Part shown: positions 49,927-64,000 of the stretch, one piece after another
Position numbering within the stretch: the first letter of the stretch is position 1
Layout: every line of letters starts with the position of its first letter
Assembly (NCBI GenBank): GCA_051362555.1
Contig: CM120648.1
Coordinates: 14,070,587-14,134,586 of the forward strand
Direction of reading: 5' to 3'
Source: Lingula anatina
Lineage: Eukaryota > Animalia > Brachiopoda
DNA: 64,000 nucleotides
The notes under the pieces: generated by a model
Databases searched by the model: none
The model's input: only the letters and a program-made list of their open reading frames with translations
Told to the model about the DNA's origin: nothing
Position numbers and translations under genes: made by a program

Positions 49927-50125
49927 GTCAGAAAGTTTTCATTTATGATAGATCCTGAAATTTGATTTACCTGTTGACTGTTTCATCTGTTCACTCTGAC
50001 AGATTTGGTCACAACTGAATTACCTGTTCAGGTGAGGGTTTTGCATGAGATGAAGGAGTGAATAGACGAAACAGTCAACAGGTAAATCAAATTCCAGGAT
50101 CTATCATAAATGAAAACTTTCTGAC
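49927..50125. repeat. Inverted repeat: 70-bp arms (3 mismatches) with a 59-bp spacer; mini-MITE or hairpin
   Basis: 49927-49996 versus 50056-50125. Confidence 0.9.
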
Positions 50126-51108
50126 AATCTTACTACATAGTGATAATACTAACAGTAAGAAATACAAATATGCTACCGGCAGCTTGAGGTCGCCCACGGC
50201 GAAACCTTAAAATATTTGTGGATTGGAAATAATATGTAAAGTAATTAGCTGGTACGAGCAGTGTGTCGGCGGCAAACACAAGAGAAGAACTTGATGTCTG
50301 GGAATTGCCGTCCAGTGGGACTCCCTAATGGGTTTTATGAAGTTAAGTCACTCAGTGTTTGTTTAAATGAGTGCCTAATGGGATTTTCTGTGCAGTAAGA
50401 GTTAGTATACAAATAATATAAACAATGCAGGAGTAAATGGAAATGAGATCAGGAGTAAATGGAATTTGATCAAGCTTGGTTTCCATACTGGAAGGATAAG
50501 CCTCCATGTTAACCGTAAAATCTGTCCAGAAATGTCTTTTGTGAATGCAAATCCGAAACAAATAAAAAATACTACATTCTTTGGCTTGAGGGCAGTGTAG
50601 CGGAGTTAATGATTGTCCATAGGGAATGTTATGCTATCAATAACGTTCAAACAAATTAAAATGTTATTAAATTGACCGTATCAGATGTTTTTCCAGGAAG
50701 TAATATCAGCGTGCAAAATTAGACGCACACACTTATAAATGGGCACAGTTAGAAACTTTTTTTGCATAGTGTACTGATCCTGAAATGATGACATCAGGAC
50801 ACAAAGACCTGAACAGGATTTGGTGCTATGATTTGATTCTTAAAAGACAGTCCAAATGAAAACAAGGTGATATATATTTCCCAATATACACAGAATTTAA
50901 GCTGTAAAATCGATCTGAATGAATCGCCCATTTCAAAAAGTTCACAACAAAGCAGCGAGCCTTATTTTAAATTATATCAAAATTGTCAGTGGGAAATAGA
51001 TCGACTTCTAATTACGCTATCTAAAAAGAACGATAATAAAGATACGTTAGAAACCTACAGCGGAAGAGAACAGACTGGTCTCTGGATCTATCCCATGGTT
51101 GTATAGTA

Positions 51109-51561
51109 TACAACATTGGTCAAAAAGGTTGTCCCACCCCCATTTCCATGTACTTTTATTTACAAATGATCACCTCACAGCTGTAAACTGTTAGAAATAG
51201 TGTTCTTTATTACGGATACCGTGTCTAATGGATTAATGGTTAAAAAATACAAAATAGTGGTGAAAATATACATATTTTATACCATTTAGTAAAATTTATG
51301 AGAGGTACCCCCTTTAAATCGACTGTTTCACTGTGACTTCTACAGATGTAAAGAAATGTCTATAAAATTGAAAAGACGCCATCAAATGTCACCAAATTCA
51401 CACACAATTAGCATTAGGGTGTGCTCGTTAAAGATCACGTGCCTAACAGCGTGTGCGTCTACCGCGTAGTGCAATTATCTCCTGTAGACGGCGCGACAAG
51501 CCTTCAATATGGGTAACAATTCTGTTTCTGGGGTGGGACAACCTTTTTGACCAATGTTGTA
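51109..51561. mobile_element. Tc1/mariner-type MITE, TA TSD
   Basis: ~32-bp perfect TIRs tacaacattggtcaaaaaggttgtcccacccc; a related copy begins at about 63932. Confidence 0.85.
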
Positions 51562-54500
51562 TACAATGTTCCTTAACAGTGCGAACCGAAACACACAGTG
51601 CTGGTTGAGATAATATATTTCATCAATTTCATACACTGTACCTCTAACTAGTATTGGAATGAAAGCTGGTATCAGACTTAATCTCGTGGAGGTGTATACT
51701 TAAAATTACCTTAAACAATATGAAGTAAAACAAAATTTAACTGTGACGCCACGGTATATGGTGTTTAACGCCATGAACCATATAAACCGTACATATCACC
51801 TCATACTAGAGCAACTTCTATTGAGAAAATTATGTTTGGTATTCAGAATAAGTAACCGAGTAATTGTACATGTACATCCCTCTTTTACGTGATACTTGCA
51901 TTTTACTGGAAGGATCACCAGTGAAAAATGAAAACGGGAAGTATTGCATTAGGCACTGTGTTTTAAGACCAGCGAATAAAACATGGCAACCAAGCGAATA
52001 AAACATGGCAATTGTTAGGCATAAATAATGTATTTTTGCCACTAGCGGTTTTCATGACTTGAGGGACGAGTTGATTTCCTCGAACGATACGCAAATTGCA
52101 CACGTTATTGTCATCACGGGTAAATAAACAGGCAAAATCGATTATCTATTATCGCTTTAACCCCATTTCCAATTCGACTCACAGAGCGCTATTTGGCATT
52201 CAGGCTACCGTATCCCAAGAGACGCAAATACAACACTATTTATGAATATGAATATAACAGGACCGTCTGTTCATATGAAAAACTGAGACGAAAAATTATA
52301 GTATTCAGGAGATTTGCTTCATGTATATGCTTTCCTTTCAGTCCAAGGTTAAAGAACATCATAAGAATCGGTTATAGTGTCGACCAAATGATATACAAGT
52401 GTGTATCAATTAAACACAGTCATTAAAGTATGTAGCAATCAGTAACGATGACAGTCAGTTTAAACACAATGTTCAATTCACTGGTATAGGCCTATCTAAT
52501 CATCCGATACTCTTTCATATGAACGTTGGTACCGTAAATAATCATAAAAGCTAAGTCGGGGCCCTTATTGCTAAATGCTGGAAGAGGTGGGATTCCGTGT
52601 GTTGGTCAGTGAAATCAACATTTAATGGTTTTTGAAACTTTGTGTACAGGCAACAGTCACCCCAACTGGGTGCCTACCTATGGGGCCTTGTTGACATTGC
52701 TAAGTCCACCTTGGGCACAGTCAGAGTGGAGCCGGTTTAACGAAACTGAGGGTCCATGAAACGGAAAGTCCGCCCTTCATATAGTTATAATGGTTAGGTT
52801 TAGTCTGACCTAAGTGGGTCAAAATGTAGGGCGAGGCTCACCTGTACAAATGAATAGGAAGCGGACTCTCTGTCGTTGGGGACTCTCTGTCACGTTACAC
52901 CGGCGTGCCACCCAAATATGTCATGACGTCTTCCGTTCAGCAGGGGCGAGGACAAAGCCCAGACCATCCCTCTTGTACCCAAACAGACCATTCGCATTAT
53001 TACTACATTATCACAACCATTAAATAAAATGACTATTTGATTTTTCTATGGATACAAAGGTTTTTTAACTAGACATTTTGCGCTTAAATAAAATTGTCAG
53101 TTATTTGGTTAGTAATAACTCTGTGAATTTGGACCATATTCTTGCATTCATAATTTCGTAAGCAGATGCTAGAAACCATGTATTGCGCAACCAAAACAGC
53201 TACGTTTGTTTATTCTAAATCTTACAACGGCTATATCTTACATTGAACCTTGCGATATCTGGTTATCATAATTTTTTAACAAAAGTGAATATCCACTTAG
53301 CTCAACTTTATCAAAAAGGAATTTTATATAGTAAAAGTGACAGTCAATGGGAGAGTTACGGTCTACAGTTTGTGTTCATTTAGCTGTTACGGCTAATGGA
53401 CTAAAAGCCTGTCTATTATTAAAGCGCGATAAAAGCTACGTAATAAAAGCAGATTAGGCGTAATTGTCCAGTGAACAGGAACTTCCATTAGATCAACTTT
53501 AATAACCCATATTTTCGCAACTATTCAAAGTATTTTAGTTTGTTATCACTTACCTATATAATAATGACGATATGAAGCTTGTGTTGCATAAAGTTTTGGT
53601 TCCGTTTAACAGAAATCTGTGAAATGTATTACGAAAAACTGGATATTTAATAATATTTGGAGAACAATGAGTGAATGGCAGTGCAGATTGTAATTTCAGC
53701 AGCCAATCAGAGCGTGCTTCTTGTATCACACGAACATATTCCTCAAATGTGTTATTAATGATATTCTGTTTAAAGAAGTCTACTTTTAATTTTTTTTTCT
53801 ATGAAATTTTGTTCCATTATACATTAAGAGAAGCACACACTTTAATATCGCCATTGTACGTCAGTGCCCATCGGTCAAATAATATATGGTTACTGTTTAC
53901 TTTTTTCAATTTTTTTTTTTCAAAACTGAATATTGAAATTTAACTGCCTGAACATACCGGTACAAGTAGGTCAAATTGTACCAAATGCCATAAAACATTA
54001 ATAAATCCTACTGTGAATCGTCTATGCAATTTTATTCATGGCTATAACTATATTTCCAATTTTAGACAAAATCAGGATATTTTCATAAACAAAGAATGCG
54101 AACTTGAAATTCTGTCGACACAGAATGTGAAAAGATCATACCATAAACACTGTTGTAGATAATTTTATCAAGTAATTTGTGTATTTAGATATCAAAGCTG
54201 TCATCTTGGATTTTGCCGATTTGGATGGCGAGTTTTAGGAAAAGGGGATCACAGACTGTTTAGCCAGAGGAAAACGGTGTTTTACTGAAATTTTTTTTAA
54301 GTAAGACAATATCTTACACTGCGCATGCTTAAGTGAAGCAGTCTACAGGGATATATGCCACAAAGTGCGTGTATACAGACCAACTGATGTTTCAACATGA
54401 CAGACAAATTTCCTCTGCCCCACGTCTATGTGGAATACTGACCTTACATTTGGCTGTTTATCGTGGCAAGATATGCAGCTCACAACCATCTTGGATAAAG

Positions 54501-55056
54501 GGCCTTCAAATGTCAGCGGGGATCAGTGGGTGCTGCTTCCACACCCAAATATAGTAATGCTTGTATTTTTTAAAGGTGAAAGTTAAAATTAAAAGTAAAC
54601 CGGTCAAGTTTTAGTTTCTGTTGGGAAAATGAAAGCTAAAGCTCTTAACTGACCATAATATTAATTGGTTAGATATGCTTCGGGTGGACACTTGGGAGAA
54701 GGGACATGGGGTCTGTAGCTTCTGGTGAGCTAAATAATAGCTGGTTATTGTATTCCATCAATCTCAACGATGAATTTTTGCTTCTTTCTAGTAAATGGAC
54801 AATTTTACGCCAAAAACGACTTTTATGCATAAGACTGAAATTATGCGGAATCGGGTTCCATCTGAACATGAACATTAAACCATACTGATTTTTTTTTCAA
54901 AGTTCACTGACTTAATGGCGTCCCTCATCATGGATCTTGACAAGTTACATTTATGTCAGTTATTAATGCATATGTGGAATATTGAGTTCGAGCTAAATCA
55001 TTTAATATGGCCAGATATAGTTTTGGAGGCCATCTTGGAAAACAGATCACCAGGTA

Positions 55057-56096
55057 GGGGAGACCGGGGCTAGTTGGACCCCGCGGTAAGTTGGCCCCCC
55101 GTCAATTTATGACAAAGTAACTACGAGGTAAAAAAAATAGGCCACATACTCTTGTAAAGTGACCGTAGCCTACAATGCTAAGGAAGTGTCGGACGTTAAA
55201 AAGTTTAACTTAAGCGGTGAGTCGAAATAAAGTATTTTTGCACCTAAAAGTAATTTTGTTAAAGAGATTTAAAAATCTATTTCATAGGCTATTGATCGAA
55301 TATAATATATGTATAGGGCATCAAACTGAAGCTCATTGCTTCAAGTTTCACAGAGACGTATCATCGTTGCTCATTCTAGCACCATGAATGGCTGCCATCC
55401 TTTAAAATAAAAAGTGTGCACCCGGGGCTAGTTGGCCCCCTTGACTCGGGGCAAGTTGGACCCTTATATTACCCACAAACCTTTGCGCGCAACACAGCTA
55501 GAGACCATTGTTGAAACAAACTCAATGGTTTAAAACTGAATATGTAACTTTCTTTTAAAACTTAAATTTATTATTCGTTTTCATTCATTAAATACCTGCT
55601 TTATACCATTATTAATAAATTCTTTATTAAAATAAAACAAATTTTATTGATAGATATTCTGCTTCTTGCAACTTATACCCCCCCCCACAACGTGACGTAC
55701 GGAAACCTCAATAAATCTGCCTCATTTGAACTATTTATTCATCAAACACTCTCAAAAGTCAATTTAATAAATTAAAAATGTATAAAAATGTATTACAAGG
55801 CGTTTACGTGGGATATTTACTCCATTTTTGTATAGGGGGCCAACTTGCCCCGACCCTGGGGCCAACTTGCCCCGTGGCGGGGCAAGTTGCCCCCCCCCCC
55901 CCCCCCCCCTGACGTCAACTGCGTTTTTTTGTCAAATTGTGAGCCATCTGGCATTATATTTGAAAAATAATGACTTTGCATACGTAGCTTAGTTCATGGG
56001 GCTTACTTTGAAACCGGTTTTGTTACTCTAACTCATTCCTAGTTGGCTCTACAAGGCCAAAAGTGTCTAACTGGGCCAACTAGCCCCGGTCTCCCC
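55057..56096. mobile_element. Family B element, inverted relative to 38192-39480
   Basis: Same TIRs and TA flanks; lacks ~250 bp present in the 38-kb inner copy. Confidence 0.88.
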
Positions 56097-56602
56097 TATC
56101 ATTTGGTACTGGTTCCATTTCTGAGAATGCTTAGTGTTAGCATTTAAAGCAATCTGGTCAGGTTCCATGCTTTTATAACAAAAATGAACAATTAACCATG
56201 TTTTTGCAGGATATCAGGGAACTAATGGAAGTCTTTCTAATAATGGCATATCCCTCGTGGAAGTAATGTCATCGATTATTCACTGGCAAATCACTACTGT
56301 GAACTTGCCTTACTCTGAAATGTCAGGAACAAGATGTATGTATTTGCACTCTAAGACAGAAACATGCTTGATTCATCATACATGCATTGCCATATAGAAC
56401 AGCTGTTTAAGCTCTTTCCCTCCACAAATCACACACAGACATGTATGAACTCACATATAAAACGGTACACAATTATACAATATACCAACCTTCCCACCTC
56501 TATTTCTCTCCCACACACACACAAACGCAGAAGAGAAAACCCCACCCACACTTTATATTTCTCCATGCTGTTAGTTTACATTAACCACTAAAACCCCCTT
56601 TA

Positions 56603-57155
56603 AGCCCCCTTTTGAGATTTAAATAAAAACTTAACGTGTCGACAACTGGCTGATCATCGAGCATTCATTTCGCAACTATTCTACGACCACAACGACGCCA
56701 GTTTCATGGTCGCAGAAAGGGCGCAGAAAGGACGCCGTCCAGTGTAAAGGGGGGTTTGCACTGGACGGCCGGCGTCCTTTGTGCGACCACGAAACTGGCC
56801 AGGACGCACATTGATCGCTAATGTGCAGTTCCCAACTGACAACAGTGACAACTACCAGTATCAGATCGTAGAATGGTCGCCACCGATCGCCGGCGAAGGT
56901 ACAGAGAACGCAGAGAAAATGCTCAATGGTCACTCAAAAATGGCAATGGACGCCTTGGGTTGCACAGGGGACGCACAGGTCGCTTGCAGTTTTCCCGGTA
57001 AAAATCAAGATTCGGTAGTTCAAAGGAGGCACAGCGGACGCAGACGCCTTCACACTGAGGCACGATTTAATTGCTTTGGCGACCATTGAGCGTTCTGACC
57101 ACGTTTTTGATCGCAGAAGAGACGCAGAAAGGACGCCGTCTAGTGTAAAGGGGCC
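56603..57155. mobile_element. Harbinger-like MITE fragments (two adjacent copies)
   Basis: Right end cgcagaaaggacgccgtc(c/t)agtgtaaagggg occurs twice (about 56722-56752 and 57123-57153) with an inverted left end at about 56756; TAA/TTA at the outer flanks. Confidence 0.5.
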
Positions 57156-57807
57156 TTAAGGTGCGCGCGAAGTGCTGGGGCCAATCTGTGTGACAACCCC
57201 AGGATCACAACTTAAGGAGACAATCTATTGAGTTGACGCTGATGAGTTTGACAATAGGACACTAGGTGTGTGGAAACTAATGTTTCATGTCATTTTCTTG
57301 GTCCTCTTTTGTCACATCATAAATAATGGTGTTGCTAAACCAATGTGGTGTTCTACATGTATTTACAGTTTGTAAAAGGTTGCTATTGGGCTTTACAAAT
57401 TATAGGAATAGGAACTCTAAAAAGTGTTTCACATTTATTGTTATACTGTTGCTGTTTCAGTAGATACACAAATTTATGACGCCTTGAAAAAACCTACCCG
57501 TCGTGATTCCAGTCATAATTTGTAGGATATATATATATATGATCTCAATATGATATGGCTACCATCCTTTTATCCTTTTATGCACAGCCTGGTAACGCTG
57601 CAGTATTCTTCTTGGGGGGGGGGGGGGGGGGGGGGCTATGTTGGCATCGGTTTTAAAGAAACTATGGGTAAGAGCGTTTCCCCTTAAGGTGCGATCCTTT
57701 GCCACTTGATTCTCAATCCCTTTCAAGAGTTTTTCAATGAGGATTGCATCTGGTGATTGGACATGCAAATCCACTCAGTTGATGTCATGCTCTTAAAGTC
57801 ACTCTAA

Positions 57808-58032
57808 GACCCCATTCCCATAGATTTTAGATCGATCTATCCCTGTGGGGAGTCTCACTAGATTACTGTCAGCTTAGCCGGCTTAAGCGTCTGTTCCGCC
57901 TACTAAAAGCTGTAAGGGGGTAATTAACTATGGTGCGCGCTCGGCTGACTGCAATTTAGCGTGAACCCCAAGGAAGTTAAGTCGATCTAAATCTTAATCT
58001 CTGGATCGATCTAAATCTCTGGGAATGCACAC
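57808..58032. mobile_element. Family A2 MITE copy
   Basis: Similar to 527-741; TAA/TTA flanks. Confidence 0.72.
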
Positions 58033-60864
58033 TTATACAGCCCTGGTTCTGTGGGGTTTTACATTATAATCTTGGCAAATGTACGGATGATTCCTGTCCC
58101 CTAAAATGTTTTCTACCGATGGTAAAAGGTGCTAGTCAAGAACTTCAATGTAACAATCGTAGTTCAGTTTCCATGCATCAAACTCAGTTCACCAAAATCA
58201 ATGCACCCCTAAACCATTATTGAAGTTGACAGCCTGGCAAGGAAATGAATATTCTCTGGCATCCTCTCACTTGTCCACTCACGTTGTCAACGTTGATTAT
58301 AACCTCAACAGAAAATACAAGACAGCGCCAGTTCTGACCAACGGTCCATGCAAAGGTTCATGCAGCCCATGTCGCCCTACGTCTGTTAACCAAGGTGATA
58401 AGTGGTTTCTCTTTGGCAACCCTGGTGTGGATCCCTGTAGCATGGAGCCTTCTTTGCTAACCTCAACCAACAAATTGCGCGATCGCAAAGCTAATTCGCT
58501 GCATGATTCACATCTTTGTAAGCCTTAACAGCATAAAAAGACGCCTGTCGCCTCTGGCACTAGTCTTTTTCCGGCGACCATTTCTAGCTGACTAATGGGC
58601 ATCAGCAGTGAAAACCCCTATATACAGGTTGGCCAGACACGCCATGTCTGGCGGCTATCTGGAAACATCTTTCCCCCCCTCCCTGAAAGAAACAATTTCA
58701 TTACTTCCTTCTTATGTGCATGAGCACGTGCACCTTCACCATGATAGAAACTTGACAACCAGAAGGACGATACACCTTAGCTTGCACCCTTTATAGTGCC
58801 CATGGATAAAATTCGTCACTGGTTAGATGAGCAATAAACCGCGAATCACCTTTTTCGAACGGGACCTCATGTCACATAGCGCATTATTCACACAGATAGT
58901 GCAATACCCGTACATTTAAGTGTGTTTAACAAAAAACTCCAGATTTGTACTTACACAAACTGTATATTTTATAAAGGACGGACTCCCATTGTTTACTCGT
59001 GTACTTTTATTGTCAACGACACGTTGAACAATAGATCAACATTTCTCGTACTGTTTTTTTTTAATCTAATGCTAAATTCTTAGTTTAATCGACTTAATCT
59101 CACACGCACAAAAATCTCCAAAAATAGGCGGGGAACTTTACAGTGCAAGACTGTCATAGGTCATGGAGCTGGTATGTCGTGAATGATGGTTTGTGACAAT
59201 GAAATGAGGCATAACATTAACGGGATTATTAGTGAATATGGACGGTAAAACGCAAACATTGGGACGCCGCCATGCGACTTACAGGGGTCAGAAAGCGGTT
59301 TCTTTTGCTTTGAAACATTAACGTGAACAGTGGACCGATCTACAGTGTAGCTTTTACTCGTACATGTATCTAAGGCCGCAGCTGTTTATTAGAATATCCT
59401 CATGTTTTGACGATATCCACTCAACATACCGTCTGGTGTTCACTGAAAAATTCCCGAGAGATACATCTAACACACTCCGAACTTGGGTTTAGGAGCCAAG
59501 TTGCTTTTCCTCGATGTAAACGTGCCAAGATATTTGCTTCACTTGCTAATGATATCCACGTAATAAATCAGCTGGTGTTCATGTTGAAATTTGCCCTTAC
59601 AGATATGTCAAAAACACATTTCACGGGGATCTAGGAGCGAGGTTGCTTTTGCTCAGTGTAAACGTGTCCACATGTAAAGTGGCACCTGTTTTGTGGAATA
59701 TCATCAATTTTTGATAGTGTCCATGAACGAAAATGTCTGGTATTCATTGAAAATACTCTCTCTAGAGACGGGACGCTGCAATATTCTGCATGTAGAAATC
59801 AAATTGATCTAGTACTCGGCTTCGTTTCTCTCTTGAGATGCGATTTATACATGGTTACTTTTCAATACTTAATGATTTAAAACAGGCAATTTAGCTGCCA
59901 AGACCCATATTCTAATTTTCTTGTTTCGGGGTCTTTATTGGGAATCATTTGAAGCTTGGTGAGATAGGCCACACGCTCTATCTCATTAGCTTGCTGTTTA
60001 TAACAATTGGGCTGTCTGCATACTCAACAAATGCTTCACGGCAATTTTACTGCAGTGTAATTAAGTTGTCAATGACCTAAGCTTATTTTCTCATACTTCG
60101 TCTTTATTTGGGGATTATTTGTATTCTACATCGAAATTGGAGCTATAAAATGTGATGGCGTTCCACTGCCAAACAGCCGTTTAATTTCCCTAACCACTGT
60201 GAAACTTATAAGTGGCACATGCTCACTCCGTTTCCAATACACTACTGTAATCAATCCGGCATCACCCCCGGGGTCTGTGTGGACGTGAGTCTGAAGGTTA
60301 ATTAGTTTTTACTTTAAAGTCAATTCTTAGTTTTATTTGACTCCATATAATCAGTAGCAGTCCATTTATATGAAGTATTGCAGGTGTTTCATAAAAGAAA
60401 AGAAATTCCCTGTTTTGCACAATGTTAAGTCTTGGTATTAATCAATATTTTAACTTATTTAGGTAGATAACTCTTCATTTTTCTTGAAATGAAATTAACC
60501 AGGAATATATCTGTTTTAAAACAAAGATTTAATTTTACTTTCACTCACTTTCATTGATATGTTTAAAATTGAACAAGATCAGTAAATGTTGATGAGTTAA
60601 ATTACGCGTTCTATGAATTCCAGTTTTACTTCACCTTAAGTGACGAGGAATACCGCTCGTTATGTGAGGGTAGTCCGTGTCGCATGCTTAGCTAGGTCCA
60701 TCAAAAGTCTGGGAAAGTTATATAGATGTCTACATCCACCTATAACCGGGCATGACCGGCAAAGGTTTGTCAAGTGCAAAGCATAGAATATCAAACAGTG
60801 GGATGCAAACAACACATACGTCCTAAACCAAAATGCCTTGTACTAGTACTGTTTCATGCCCGTG

Positions 60865-60866
<2 letters not shown>

Positions 60867-60920
<54 letters not shown>
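60867..60920. repeat. (AT)n microsatellite
   Basis: Direct reading. Confidence 0.95.
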
Positions 60921-60923
<3 letters not shown>

Positions 60924-61079
60924 AACCCATTATCTACAAAATCGAAAGGCAAATATTACGATCCTTTGGGTCATTGTTCCTCCAAAGGCCCTTAAAGAAC
61001 AGCGCTTTACAGAAAAGCGCTTTACACCCGCTGAGACAATGTTAATCAAATATATGTAGATTTGTTCCAGTGTATATTT

Positions 61080-62615
61080 ATTTTTACATGCAGACACAGA
61101 TGTGTCTGTACACATACATTGTAGGCGTCAACTGCGTCTGTCGTCGCCGTCGCCGTCGTCACCGTGCACTTTCAGTGATAACACAATAAACTGCTTTTTC
61201 CTTTTGTCTTCAAACTTATGAAACGGATGAATATTCATAAAATACTGGTCGAGTTCGAAAATCAGCATGATTGGGTCTTTTTTCGACAATTATGCTGTTT
61301 CTTTCACTTTTTTTCGGCATATGTACAATACTGAAAAGTCATTTCAAGGAAAACCGATAAGCCTATTGTCTTGAAACTCACAGGAGTGATCAATCTTCCT
61401 GATATACAGATCGAGTTCGAAAATCAGACAATTTTTACAAAAGTTATGCTTTTTCAACATTTTTTTTAATAGTATACAAATCAAATGAAAACCATGCCAT
61501 ACTTTCCTTTGAAACTTTCAGGACTGATTCATAGGTCTAATATACAGTTCAGATCAAGTTTGAAAATTAGCTTGATCTGTATGTTTTTGTTGGAGTAATG
61601 CTCTTTTTTGTATGTGGGTTTTCCTCAGTTTTAATTCTTAGGCATGTTAACAGTCTCAGTATTGAACTAATTAGATTTGTAAAAGAATTATTTTGACATT
61701 TTGGCATCTTGACAATCTTGTAAGTAGATTATATGAAAATGATGCATTGTATGATAAAGTGTCAAAATGGCATATAAACTCATATAAACTCAGTTTGTCA
61801 ATTTAATCCCTCACAGTGTTCAGAATCTCAGAATGGACATTCAAAATTGTTCTGTTGATGTTTTCTCGTCGTAGCAATTTTGTTAGTTGATCATGTAAAA
61901 ATGAATGTAAATCGATTACTGTGTATCAAGAGATGAGTTGATAAAAATCGAAATAAACTCATTCGGTGGTGCTATCCTTTATGTATATATTGGCATTTTC
62001 AAAGTGTGACTGTAAAATTTCATGGGTCTGAAAACCATTGCCAATCAAATTTTCATAAATTAATATCTATGTTTACTGCAGTGCATAATTCAAATTGTGA
62101 TTATGCTGTTAAGCATTATATAATATTGCAGCAAAATTGAAGAAAAGCATTTTTGGACACTGCTGCCATAATGATCATTAAAAGAGAAACTACAATTAAG
62201 AAACAGTTTGAATTTAGTGGTGGTAATAACTTTGTTAACAATATGTCTACGTTTTGTTTATAGGAATTAGTCTTAGTTTGGGTCTTGTGCCTGCACATTT
62301 TGACGTTATTTAGTTGACCAAGGCAAGGTGATAATAGATGTTCAGGGTTATGAAATGCATTTAACTGATTACATAACAGCCAAAGATAAAGTGGTGTTGG
62401 CGCCCGCTATGGCTTCAACGGCTTATTTTGACAAAGCACGTGCTACGCGCTGGCTTGAAAAAAAAAACATTATTGTTTCAGCTCGACGCCGCCGGGTGCA
62501 TTGTATCATTCCAACTGCTACCATTCATAAAAAGGGGGCGTCGTTAGGTGTTAGACGATTAGTCAATGTTTCTAATCTTCTAACGCATTAGCAATGGGAC
62601 TGAAATACAGCTTGA
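61080..62615 (+). mobile_element. Probable Helentron-associated non-autonomous element (HINE/DINE-1-like); boundaries approximate
   Basis: T-run start, short inverted repeat cagacac/gtgtctg, (gtcgcc)n microsatellite, then ~3 diverged ~150-bp core repeats containing aaact...gagttcgaaaatcag. Confidence 0.45.
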
Positions 62616-62990
62616 GTAGGAAAACCAGTATGTTTGCTTTCTTTTTTTTTTCTTTGTGAATTTTTTTATTTGTTAAATATTGGCACTTTCATTATGAGAC
62701 TTAGAACTCTCAAGCTGAATGGTAGTTACATTTTCTGAATGTCCATGTTACGATAGTAGATATTTAAGAATTGGTGGTGATTATGCTGTTAATCGTTATG
62801 TAATATTGCATCGAAATTGACAAAAAATGAAAGGAATGAAAGGAAAACTGTTATTTACAAGAACGATTCTTATAGGAAACCCATCTTGCTTGAATAATTA
62901 TTTCTTGAAATTATGCAAATTTTATGACAGCTTTGCTGCCTTAATTGTCTTTGTTTCTTCAGTGCAAGGGTGCAATGTGTCAGTGCTTTG

Positions 62991-63064
62991 AAATTACAAA
63001 TGGCAATTAACTACGTGCACACGCTTTTAAGCGTGTGCACGTAGTTAATTGCCATTTGTAATTT
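62991..63064. repeat. Perfect palindrome, 36-bp arms around a TT centre
   Basis: aaattacaaatggcaattaactacgtgcacacgctt-tt-aagcgtgtgcacgtagttaattgccatttgtaattt. Confidence 0.95.
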
Positions 63065-63931
63065 AAAAGTCTAAAGATGCACTGTCAGTATGCGCTATTT
63101 ACTGTATTAATCTAATAGCAAGTAAAATTAACGATACGCACCTGTCTCATATGTGTCACGGTAATCATGTCAGCAAATTGTGTAAAGTAAGTGTCTTTGG
63201 GATCTTTACAATTGTAAGCTGAGTTAGCGATACGATACGATACGTAGAAGTTCCCCAGAAAACAATTGAAGACAACAATAATAAAACACGCCTCTCTATA
63301 TTTGCAATGCAGAACTCTGCGTTGACAGCGGGGAATAATCTTAATTGTCAAAAAACAGAAGTGTCCCCGTTGTTGCAAATCAAAACTTTGCTTAAATTCT
63401 AGAACCCAAAACCCAGAAACCCAGAAAATAACAATACACTTTAGAAGGAAATAAGGATAATTCACATTGACCATCATGTCAAGTCAACAATTAACGTTTT
63501 TCAATTCGTTTTTCATAAACTCCTAATGCTAATATTGAGCACCAAAGTGTATTAAAGATGATAAAAATGAATGAATGGAAAATGAAGGTAAATTAATGGA
63601 TATATAAATTAATGAATAATAAATTAATTAATAAGAATGAATAAATCATTAAGTAAATAAAAAAATGATAAAATGAATATGTTAAGTAAGATGTTACCCC
63701 TACTTGGTCGGATATGAGCTTTTGTTTTCTACTTTGACAATAATTCTGTATACCTTTGTAATTTTTGTACACAAAATTGAGGGCTCGATGGTTTCTTTTA
63801 TGTGTCTATATAAGTAATATGTTTCTTTAATTTAGTGAGTAGCTAACATCATTGTTTTCATGGTACAGTGGTTTTGATTTCACGCTTCGTACTCAAGAGT
63901 TTATTGCATCTCTTAGCATATTTGCTTAACA

Positions 63932-64000
63932 TACATTGCTCAAAAATGTTGTCCCACCCCCAATTCCATGTGCTTTTATTCACAAATGATCGCCTAACAG
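63932..64000. mobile_element. Left end of a diverged copy of the 51.1-kb MITE family, truncated by the window edge
   Basis: acattgctcaaaaatgttgtcccacccc...ccatgtgcttttatt.acaaatgatc matches 51113-51170. Confidence 0.75.

Noticed and set aside
58220-58800. Possible LINE reverse-transcriptase relic
   Set aside because: Only a vague resemblance (PGLPKRNHLSP); no YADD or other motif found

Overview
AT-rich eukaryotic (invertebrate metazoan-like) genomic DNA; no prokaryotic features, CRISPR or RNA genes seen. (1) A minus-strand, intron-containing gene for a ~234-aa tetraspan protein of the PMP22/claudin superfamily, most like TMEM47/PERP/VAB-9. Its coding exons are 21064-20860, 9024-8923, 7874-7725 and 6004-5757. 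A second, divergent extracellular-loop-1 exon lies at 42885-42790 and appears to belong to an alternative N-terminal module sharing the last two exons. (2) A complete, very young 9.5-kb Ty3/gypsy LTR retrotransposon (27047-36573, + strand, antisense to the host gene). It has ~2.04-kb essentially identical LTRs, an ATAT target-site duplication (TSD), a tRNA-Leu primer-binding site (PBS), gag, -1 frameshifted pol and a polypurine tract. In the env position it carries a third ORF that is not Env: two C2H2 zinc fingers plus an acidic tract, with no ATG of its own. An ATG would be created by splicing from a donor in the 5' LTR. The LTRs also carry 70-bp and 33-bp tandem arrays. This looks like a complex retrotransposon with its own spliced nuclear regulator and is the most interesting system here. 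(3) Many non-autonomous DNA transposons/MITEs (three cases nested within their own kin), a Tc1 transposase relic, minisatellites and hairpins. All calls were made by eye, without database searches.
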